Shown here: in pieces, positions 25,123 through 32,000 of the stretch
Layout: every line of letters begins with the position of its first letter
Position numbering within the stretch: the first letter of the stretch is position 1
Assembly: GCF_000018105.1 (NCBI RefSeq)
Contig: NC_009925.1
Span: forward strand, 510,001 to 542,000
Reading direction: 5' to 3'
Length of the DNA: 32,000 nucleotides
From: Acaryochloris marina MBIC11017
Lineage (GTDB): Bacteria; Cyanobacteriota; Cyanobacteriia; Thermosynechococcales; Thermosynechococcaceae
Made by a program: the position numbers and the translations under genes
The notes under the pieces: model-generated
What the model was told of the DNA's origin: nothing
The model's input: only the letters and a program-made list of their open reading frames with translations
The model's database searches: none

Positions 25123-26811
25123 TCACCAGGTCACTTTATTCCGTAGCTGTTCCAGCAATTTCGGCCCGATGCCAGGTACTTGATCAAAATCTGCAAGGGA
25201 GGTAAAAAGACGTTCTTGCCTCACCTCGATTATTCGGGCCGCCAACTTCGGCCCCACACCGGGTAATGCTTCCAGCTCTTGTTGACTCGCTGTATTCAAA
25301 TTTACGAGGGAGCTATTAACCGGAGCGGTTTGCTCCTTTCCTAGCCAGACGGGTTGGGGAGTGCCCCTGACATGGAGCTGTAAATCGCCACATTGGCGTT
25401 GATGATCTTGGGCTTTGTTGTGGAGAAAGGTCGGAATGCCGAGACGACTACTGGCATATAACCGCTCAAATTCCCGATGATAGTGATCGGCAATTTGAGG
25501 ATGTTCAATCACCAGTAAGGTTTCATCATTGCGACGATTGGCAGCATCTGACCAATTGTGAGATCCCACAATCACAATCCGGCCATCCACAATGCCAAAT
25601 TTATGGTGCAGCACATCGCCTTTGGGGAGTTGAGGTGTCCCCACGGTTTGCAAGGGTTGAGACCAAGGTCGATTTTGGGGTTCAGCCTGACATGTTAACG
25701 TTCCACTGCGAGAGGAACTGAGGGCCACCCCTAACATATCGAGAACTTCGCTATAGCTTTGATAGGCAAACTGAGGGTCACCCAATACCCGAATTTTTAC
25801 CCCTTGATGGTCTTCCACGGCTAGCTGATCCACTAGGGGTTGCTCTGAAAAGACAAATAGCGCCAACGCAATATCTTGTGTCGCTTTCGCTAAGGTTTGG
25901 CGAATCAGACCGTTGGTACTGCGAGACCAGGGCGTAGAGACGGATGTGGGAGAAAATTGCACTTGCACTTTGGCATCACCCACCTTAAGAGTTTGGGTTG
26001 GACGCCAGGGCTTGTTCACCCCAAATTTGCTATCGGTTGCTCGACCGGGACCATCTCCCCACATCGCCTTAAATTCCTCGGTAAAGAGTTGAGCGACAGC
26101 TGGGTTCTTAAGGACGACTAGAGAATTGGCATTTCCTCGACTATCTGGCTGATCTAAATCGCCGAGCAAGCCAGACAACGTAAAGTTGGCCGTTGTCACA
26201 AGGATGGTCTGCCCATCAATGACCACAAATTTATGGTGCATCAGTCCACTGCCAGCAGAACCATCGGCCGTATCGTCTAGCCAGGGGATATCCGCCTGAC
26301 GCAGTACCTCTAGGGCATCGTTATCATTGATTTCAGACGAACTCAGCTGGCCATCTTGATCTTGGTCGATCAGTTGAAAGTTGGCTTGGTATCGGTCTTT
26401 TTGCCGTGGATCCATCCGGGCCACTTCTTGGGGCGTAAAGCTACTCCAAGGTCGGCTGTAGGTGTTTTCTAAGACCACTCGGACCTGAACACCCGCTTGT
26501 TTGCGATCTCGAAGGGCCTGGGCAATCCGGGGCGATCGCAATTCCTGTATCGCTACATCCACTGTGGATTGTGCGGCTTGGATATTCTCGACAATAATCG
26601 ACTCTAAATCATCCCCTGGGCGGGTGATTTGTCGATAAGGATCCGTAAAAGAATTAGCCAGACTCTGGTTCATATACACCTGAATCTGGCTATGTTGTGG
26701 GAGAGGTTCGATGGATTTGAATTGCGGTTGCGATCGCTGCCAACGATTAACCCCAATCCCCAGAGCACCCAGTAGGACAAGGGAAGCTAATCCCAATTGC
26801 AGTCGCTGCAT
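25123..26811 (-). CDS. Phospholipase D-family (2 x HKD) putative nuclease with an EF-hand loop and a C-terminal ComEA-type helix-hairpin-helix domain
   Basis: The first ATG is at 26811. The N-terminal signal or anchor is LGLASLVLLGALGIGV. HKD motif 1 is HHKFVVIDGQTILVTTANFT and HKD motif 2 is HHKFGIVDGRIVIVGSHNWSDAANRRNDE. A canonical 12-residue EF-hand loop, DQDQDGQLSSSE, lies at 26332-26367. The C-terminus VNLNTASQQELEALPGVGPKLAARIIEVRQ...VPGIGPKLLEQL is ComEA-like. Confidence 0.85.
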   Translation of the reverse strand: MQRLQLGLASLVLLGALGIGVNRWQRSQPQFKSIEPLPQHSQIQVYMNQSLANSFTDPYRQITRPGDDLESIIVENIQAAQSTVDVAIQELRSPRIAQALRDRKQAGVQVRVVLENTYSRPWSSFTPQEVARMDPRQKDRYQANFQLIDQDQDGQLSSSEINDNDALEVLRQADIPWLDDTADGSAGSGLMHHKFVVIDGQTILVTTANFTLSGLLGDLDQPDSRGNANSLVVLKNPAVAQLFTEEFKAMWGDGPGRATDSKFGVNKPWRPTQTLKVGDAKVQVQFSPTSVSTPWSRSTNGLIRQTLAKATQDIALALFVFSEQPLVDQLAVEDHQGVKIRVLGDPQFAYQSYSEVLDMLGVALSSSRSGTLTCQAEPQNRPWSQPLQTVGTPQLPKGDVLHHKFGIVDGRIVIVGSHNWSDAANRRNDETLLVIEHPQIADHYHREFERLYASSRLGIPTFLHNKAQDHQRQCGDLQLHVRGTPQPVWLGKEQTAPVNSSLVNLNTASQQELEALPGVGPKLAARIIEVRQERLFTSLADFDQVPGIGPKLLEQLRNKVTW

Positions 26812-26822
26812 CAATAGAGAAG

Positions 26823-27545
26823 CTAGAAGCGGCTAAAGGTCCCTAACTCAGACTCTTCCAATACCTGGCGGAGAGAATCAACCACCACAGGAGCCTCTAC
26901 ATCTGGATCTCTAAAAATTCGGCGTGGGGTAATGGATTTGCCATATAAATCACGATTTTTCCCTTTGTTGAACCCTAGCTTAGAGCCATCAATGGCGACC
27001 CCACCAAATAGACCACTACTGCGGGCATAGGTCAGAATCGGTGACTTGCTGTAATCTTCGGTGGGATCAACCGCTGTTGCCCCCACGGGGCCAGCCGTCC
27101 CTGAGACACTACCGCCGATATCGAAAGATTTGGAAAGTACTTCATTGACCGTGCTGCGGTTGGGGAACACCAAGACAATATCGCTGGATTTAGCCCCAAT
27201 TTGGAGACCAAAACTACCCCCCGTGATGTTGATAAATGCAGGGTTACTCCAGGTGCCATCTTCTTGCCGGAGCATCATCACCCCTGTGCCTCGGCGAGCG
27301 CCAAACAGGAACCCCGCTTGGATGACACCGGGAAAGATAGCAATACCTTCGCTTTGTTCTAGCAGCTCTGAAGGAATTTGAGTCTTGGGATCACTGAGAA
27401 TTTCTTCTAAGACATTTTGAGAAGAGTAAATAATTTTTTCGGCATGGGCCTGCTTTTCGACATCTGTCGCGGCCATGGTCGGCATCGTGGTGGTGACTAC
27501 GAGCACTGCTGTTACGGGCACAGCCACCATAGACTTAAATTTCAT
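26823..27545 (-). CDS. SYLF (DUF500/Ysc84-like) lipid-binding domain protein with a signal peptide
   Basis: The signal peptide is MKFKSMVAVPVTAVLVVTTTMPTMAA. The SYLF-type blocks are GIAIFPGVIQAGFLFGARRGTGVMM, WSNPAFINITGGSFGLQIGA and GLFGGVAIDGSKL. It lies 11 bp upstream of the PLD gene. Confidence 0.75.
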   Translation of the reverse strand: MKFKSMVAVPVTAVLVVTTTMPTMAATDVEKQAHAEKIIYSSQNVLEEILSDPKTQIPSELLEQSEGIAIFPGVIQAGFLFGARRGTGVMMLRQEDGTWSNPAFINITGGSFGLQIGAKSSDIVLVFPNRSTVNEVLSKSFDIGGSVSGTAGPVGATAVDPTEDYSKSPILTYARSSGLFGGVAIDGSKLGFNKGKNRDLYGKSITPRRIFRDPDVEAPVVVDSLRQVLEESELGTFSRF

Positions 27546-27807
27546 CGCTATCTCTCCCTAGACAAGACGAGCATATGGGTAATGACCCTGGGTTTACCGG
27601 AAAGTTTCAGCCGTTTCATCCATCTAAATGGTGCCGAAATTGGGATACCGTGCTTAGTAACAACTACGGTAGGGGGCAAACTGGCTTCAGTCCCTTATTT
27701 TCTAGCCCTTAATTAGCACCGAAATTATAAAATGGCAAGGTTTTCGAGATGAAACTTGTTGTTTGCTCGGTCTAGCCCACCCTGCTTTTTGATATTCCCC
27801 ATGGAAG

Positions 27808-30255
27808 ATGGTTCAAAAATTCCTTCAATTGGTTCGTAACCGCTACCGATGGATCGTCCTCAGTCTGGTCACGCTATGTTTCAGCTGGGGCGTACTCCAG
27901 CTAACAATGGGGCAGCCCCTTCGGGCAGAGGTCAAATCTTCTTCACCCCCTCAACTCTCTGCCGCACAGATCTCTAACGCTGAAGAAGGCTATCGTCCAG
28001 TGGGGGAGTGGGTCGGAAGACTGATACTACCACCCGCAGATGGCACGGACTGGGTTTGGTTTGAAGTGCACCATAGTCCCAATCCCAAGTTTGTGGGGCA
28101 AACTGTGCGGTTGCAGTGGCAGGATCATCCTGATGTCCAAGCCCGCATCAAACGGGTACAGCAGGATATCAACCTCTCTGCAGAAGCACATCAAAGCTTG
28201 AAGCGGGGTAATATTCACCCGCAACGATTAGATGGACGGCGGCAGGTGGGACCATTGCAGTCCTTAGCAGGAGCAAGGCCCACAGATGACCTGATCGTAA
28301 GTTTAAAGAAGGTGCAAGCCGTTAATGCCCCTAGTCCTTACCTAGAAATTGCAGTAGATCCGCTACAGGTCCCTGGATTCGACTATGGACTCGTCAAAAT
28401 CCTCGGTCCAGTCTCCACGTCAGAATCCGTTCCCAAAGACTGTCCTGGATCACCTCCTTGTCCGAGCGAGTTGACTCGGGTGCGTCACTACAATCCCCTG
28501 ACTCAACGATTTAATGGTCCTGAAGAAAGGGTACACATTCGTCAGGATCAGCCCAATTCAGCTGGAGTCTTTCAGTCCACTCCTAGGAAATTAGCCGACT
28601 CTCCGGCCGGACGTTCAGGCTGGTATATCTATGGTTCGAAGAATATGGAAGGGGTGTTTGAGGTGAATGCGATCGCACCTCGGTCTCTGTTCCAACTCCA
28701 GCCTGATCATCACTTCTCTACCATGGGGGCAGGACTGCACTACTTCAAACGCAAAGTTTGGCAGCAAACTGTTCAACATAAGGGCAAACTCCAACGAGCC
28801 CTGGTTGATAGCCAACATCGTAGACAGAAAAAAGCCGTGGATCAGTGGCAGGAAGGTGATCAAGCCTTAGTTGTCCATCTGTTTGGCGGTATTGGTGGTA
28901 ACAAAGCTGAGCCCCAGGCAGTTATCGGAACGGTCACGGGGCATTTTGGCTACGGTATCGCTACGGTCATTAAAGATCCCTTTACGGGGGAACGTCAGTT
29001 TGAGATCGAGTACCAACAGGTTTACGCTCACAACCCAGAGGGAATTGTGGCCGGACCGACCCATTGGTCCGAATATATGGGCCATCTTAACCGGGGATGG
29101 TTGGGAAGTCGGCCCGTATTGGATGTGTTGGTAAAGTCTGCGGCCCTGACGCAGCCCTATAAATTTGGCGAGATCAGTCTAGATCCCTTGGCTGAGCTTA
29201 AAACCCAGCTACAACTAATGGCAGCACGCTATCGAATTGGTGATGGTACAGGTTCCGCTTTAGTTACCCCGGCAAAATCCTGTGTTCAAGATTCCAGTCA
29301 AGCGGTTTACCAAACCATTAAGCGTATTCAATATCAGGTGCAAATGTCCCCAGCCATTCAAACTTGGTTGTCAGAACATCCTCACGCCCCTCAAACCCTT
29401 CGGTTTCAAGAATTAACGACTTTAGGGAATGCCCTGGAGAAAGAACTAGTCCCTCTGGGCATTGTCCGCAGTGATTGGCAGCAAAATGCCCAGGTTGCGG
29501 CAGGTATCTCAACACCTGGGACATTTCGCCAATCAGACGATTTCTTGGCTCAGGTTCTGAGCTGGCGAACCCTGATTCCTCGGGTTGCCCAAGATCAAAT
29601 CATTCGTATTTTTCTGAAGCAAGGTACCCCGCTTTGGTTTCTCAACACGAATCAGGTTGGAGGTTGGGATGCGGATATCAGACCCCTCGCCCCCACAGAG
29701 TTATTTGGGAAATGGCCAGTCGTTTCCTTTTCCTTTTCTCGGTTGGTGGAAGCAACCACAACGGTTCCAACTCCGATGGGATGGCTCGTTTCAGGAGGGA
29801 TTTTAGGAGGCTATGGTCTCTTTGCTGTCGTTTGGGGCCGAAAAGTGGGGTTTCTGACCCCACCCAAATGGGCTGCTTATTCCCCATCTGTGCAAATAAG
29901 ACTCTGGATCGGCACTTTGATCATGCCAGCCCTAGTCGAAGAATTATTATTTCGCTGCCTCCTCATTCCCCACCCCCAAGAAGGTGTGTGGTGGGTGACG
30001 CTGCTGCTTTGGTCAGGATTTAGCTTAATCCTCTTTGTGCTTTATCATCCCCTCAATGCCCGTACCCTCTACAGAGCAGGCGATCCAACCTTCTTTGATC
30101 TCAGATTTTTAACTTTAGCCACTGTGTTGGGGATAGTCTGTACTGGCACCTATTTGTTCACAGGTTCAATCTGGCCAGGAACTATTTTGCACTGGCTTGC
30201 TGTTGCAATTTGGTTGCTGTATTTAGGCGGGCAAGAACGTCTGAGCAAAGTTTAG
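27808..30255 (+). CDS. CPBP-family (CAAX/Abi-type) intramembrane protease with a ~600-aa N-terminal domain
   Basis: The N-terminal TM is WIVLSLVTLCFSWGVLQL, followed by a large soluble region. The C-terminal multi-TM domain has the CPBP motifs EELLFRCLL (EExxxR), FVLYHPLN and GTILHWLAV. Confidence 0.8.
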   Translation: MVQKFLQLVRNRYRWIVLSLVTLCFSWGVLQLTMGQPLRAEVKSSSPPQLSAAQISNAEEGYRPVGEWVGRLILPPADGTDWVWFEVHHSPNPKFVGQTVRLQWQDHPDVQARIKRVQQDINLSAEAHQSLKRGNIHPQRLDGRRQVGPLQSLAGARPTDDLIVSLKKVQAVNAPSPYLEIAVDPLQVPGFDYGLVKILGPVSTSESVPKDCPGSPPCPSELTRVRHYNPLTQRFNGPEERVHIRQDQPNSAGVFQSTPRKLADSPAGRSGWYIYGSKNMEGVFEVNAIAPRSLFQLQPDHHFSTMGAGLHYFKRKVWQQTVQHKGKLQRALVDSQHRRQKKAVDQWQEGDQALVVHLFGGIGGNKAEPQAVIGTVTGHFGYGIATVIKDPFTGERQFEIEYQQVYAHNPEGIVAGPTHWSEYMGHLNRGWLGSRPVLDVLVKSAALTQPYKFGEISLDPLAELKTQLQLMAARYRIGDGTGSALVTPAKSCVQDSSQAVYQTIKRIQYQVQMSPAIQTWLSEHPHAPQTLRFQELTTLGNALEKELVPLGIVRSDWQQNAQVAAGISTPGTFRQSDDFLAQVLSWRTLIPRVAQDQIIRIFLKQGTPLWFLNTNQVGGWDADIRPLAPTELFGKWPVVSFSFSRLVEATTTVPTPMGWLVSGGILGGYGLFAVVWGRKVGFLTPPKWAAYSPSVQIRLWIGTLIMPALVEELLFRCLLIPHPQEGVWWVTLLLWSGFSLILFVLYHPLNARTLYRAGDPTFFDLRFLTLATVLGIVCTGTYLFTGSIWPGTILHWLAVAIWLLYLGGQERLSKV

Positions 30256-30273
30256 ATCAGATGAAACAGGCCT

Positions 30274-31254
30274 TTAGTCATAACACCAGGTATCAAAGGA
30301 TCGGTTGGGTGGTGCCTGATTTGAACGCACAGGCCGATGGAAGATGGATTTGGTATTCGTTGACTTCTTGCGAGTGGCTAATGCTGAGGACTTTTGCGTT
30401 TTTCTAGGAGTTGCAATGGTTTGCTGCTCAGTCAATTCTTTTTGTAACCGGGCATTCTCTTTTGCTAATCGCACTGCATCCTGGGTGGTTTGCTCCAGTT
30501 TCCCCTTAATCGCATCGATTTGATTGTTTGATTTCTGCAATGCAGTCAGGGCTGTTTTTTGTTCCGCTAACTGTGCCTCTAATTGAGCCACTTTCTTCTG
30601 TAAAGAGGTCTCTTTGGTTTGAGCTGCCTTTAAATCTTTGGTTAGGGCACTCACCTTCACTTCTAAATCAGCGTTGATGGATTGAGTGCTGGCAGTAGGG
30701 CTGTTTGTTGAGGCAGTTTTTGCTGCTGCTTTCTTCGCAGTAGAGGTGGCAGGTTTAGCTTTCTTTGCGGTTGATGGGGGCTTTGCAGCTGTTTTCCGAC
30801 TAGAGGAGCGGCTAGACGTTGCCTTTTTGGCAGGAGAAGATTTTGCGGTTGATTTTTTAGCAGCGGGCGCAGCAGTTTTGGTCTTGGCAGCTGACTTCTT
30901 CGCTGCGGTTGTAGTAGCCTTTGTTGTCGAAGCTGACTTCTTCGCTGCCGGTGCCGCAGTCTTAGTCGTCGAAGCTGAATTAGCCGTTGATTTTTTGGCT
31001 GTAGCCTTAGCAGCGGGTGCAGCAGTTTTAGTCGTCCCGGTCGTCTTCTTTGCCGTAGTTTTTTTCGCAGTTGATTTTGCCGTGCTTTTTTTGGCTGTCG
31101 TCGTCTTTTTAGCCGTAGTTTTTTTAGCTGTTGTGGCTTTCTTTTGGGCCGACGACGCAGCTGGTTTAGCACCTACATCCTCTTTTTGATCAGGGGCTGC
31201 AGTTTTAGTTGCTTCTTCCCGTAATAAATCTGACAAACTCTTCTTCGTAGCCAT
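30274..31254 (-). CDS. Lys/Ala/Thr-repeat, coiled-coil ParA-partner candidate (326 aa from the ATG; McdB-like)
   Basis: The ATG at 31254-31252 overlaps the ParA stop as TAATG. The track ORF starts at a TTG at 31266. The N-terminus is [14 protein letters not shown]. About 150 aa of AKKTT and TKTAAPAAKK repeats follow. A heptad region then runs from LEVKVSALTKDLKAAQ to ARLQKELTEQQ. The C-terminus is ...NRSFDTWCYD. Confidence 0.7.
   Translation of the reverse strand: MATKKSLSDLLREEATKTAAPDQKEDVGAKPAASSAQKKATTAKKTTAKKTTTAKKSTAKSTAKKTTAKKTTGTTKTAAPAAKATAKKSTANSASTTKTAAPAAKKSASTTKATTTAAKKSAAKTKTAAPAAKKSTAKSSPAKKATSSRSSSRKTAAKPPSTAKKAKPATSTAKKAAAKTASTNSPTASTQSINADLEVKVSALTKDLKAAQTKETSLQKKVAQLEAQLAEQKTALTALQKSNNQIDAIKGKLEQTTQDAVRLAKENARLQKELTEQQTIATPRKTQKSSALATRKKSTNTKSIFHRPVRSNQAPPNRSFDTWCYD
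30709..31167 (-). repeat. In-frame low-complexity coding repeats (AKKTT, and TKTAAPAAKK three times)
   Basis: The repeats are visible at the DNA level, for example GCTGACTTCTTCGCTGC twice near 30889 and 30933. The compositional bias keeps three frames open here (track ORFs 30274-31266, 30663-31172 and 30686-31189). Confidence 0.8.
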
Positions 31255-31964
31255 TAACTTTCCCAATCCCGCTTAATTTCATCAACAACGCGGCAATAAT
31301 CTGCTTTTGCCTCTTTACTATATTTCCCTTTCCATTGTGTAATTGGCTGTCCTTCTAAAGCTGCCCGTTCATGGGCCTTATAGCTCCGTACAAAGGCATG
31401 AAAAGCCGGAATGCCTAACTCCATCAATGTGTTTTGAGCATCTAATGCTTCTCGCAAACTTCGAGGGTCGACCCGTGTTAGTAATACCCGATGAGCCACA
31501 CCGGATGGTTTGACCAATGTCCGCACCGTTTCAATGAGAACAGCTATTTCCATTGGGGCAGGCGGCGTAGGAAGCACTAAATAGTCAACCACAGGAATGA
31601 CCATTTTCAAAATCTCAGATTCCAGTCCTGGTGGTGTATCGACGACCACGAGCTCTTGTTTACTGGATCGGCGCAGTGCTTTCAATTCTTTGGCGCTAGT
31701 TCCAGACTGGACTTGAAATTTCAGAGAATTGTTATCACGCTGGGTCCACCAGGTAGCGGATCCTTGTGGATCAGCATCAATCAGGAGAACTTGATGAGCT
31801 TCTGCAAATACGGCTGTGAGATTGACAGCTGTGGTGGTTTTACCGACACCACCTTTGCCATTAAGGACTGCTACAACCTTAGTTTTTGAAGATTTAGAAG
31901 GCAACTTGGGCACCACTAATGATTGCCAATGGTAAGCAGGAGGCTCCGATTTTGCAACTTGCAA
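31254..31964 (-). CDS. ParA/MinD-family P-loop ATPase (start codon uncertain; TTG at 31964)
   Basis: The deviant Walker A with the signature lysine reads [20 protein letters not shown]. Walker A' reads [10 protein letters not shown] and Walker B reads LVVVDTPP. It is translationally coupled to the downstream repeat protein. Confidence 0.85.
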   Translation of the reverse strand: MQVAKSEPPAYHWQSLVVPKLPSKSSKTKVVAVLNGKGGVGKTTTAVNLTAVFAEAHQVLLIDADPQGSATWWTQRDNNSLKFQVQSGTSAKELKALRRSSKQELVVVDTPPGLESEILKMVIPVVDYLVLPTPPAPMEIAVLIETVRTLVKPSGVAHRVLLTRVDPRSLREALDAQNTLMELGIPAFHAFVRSYKAHERAALEGQPITQWKGKYSKEAKADYCRVVDEIKRDWES

Positions 31965-32000
31965 AAGACTCCTGGGATGACTATACAGCTTTATTGACTA

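Noticed and set aside
30663-31189. ORFs 30663-31172 (-) and 30686-31189 (+) in the repeat region; I also asked whether the periodic DNA could be a CRISPR or satellite array
   Set aside because: The periodicity is imperfect and in-frame with the AKKTT and TKTAAPAAKK coding repeats of 30274-31254. There are no constant repeat units with unique spacers. The other frames give implausible poly-R/L/Q or poly-A/V/F products.

Overview
This is a cyanobacterial chromosomal segment. It has 12 exact HIP1 octamers (GCGATCGC), the tetrapyrrole genes chlD and hemL, and a DUF3110/DUF3084 gene pair. Family names throughout come from reading motifs, not from database searches. Layout, left to right:
(1) 1-5358: housekeeping genes. 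A TamB/AsmA-like gene runs off the left edge and is missing from the ORF track. It is followed by DUF3110, DUF3084 and chlD.
(2) 5690-12671: a visibly AT-rich, HIP1-free stretch dominated by mobile elements. An IS4-family element (10-bp target duplication) carries an IS630 copy inside it, and an IS701 copy sits at the IS630 junction. An orphan 127-aa gene, two GAATTC-centred palindromes and an IS5/IS1182-type element follow.
(3) 12709-18406: a same-strand type IV pilus-like cluster, and my top candidate for a poorly described system. It holds two diverged paralogs of a ~500-aa PilX-N-type protein, both ending in WQRVRL. Next come a GspH/FimT-like pseudopilin and a PilW/GspJ-like pseudopilin with a C-terminal FN3-like domain. 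The last gene is split by one in-frame TGA. The gene order resembles the hormogonium polysaccharide (Hps) pseudopilin loci.
(4) 18831-22939: a small secreted protein and two tandem c-di-GMP genes (HAMP-GGDEF and GAF-GAF-GGDEF-EAL).
(5) 23561-30255: hemL, a SYLF protein, a PLD(2xHKD)/EF-hand/ComEA-HhH putative periplasmic nuclease, and a CPBP protease with a large N-terminal domain.
(6) 30274-31964: a ParA-like ATPase translationally coupled to a lysine/alanine/threonine-repeat, coiled-coil protein with a Trp four residues from its C-terminus. This is a McdA/McdB-like cargo-positioning candidate.
I saw no rRNA, tRNA or CRISPR array.
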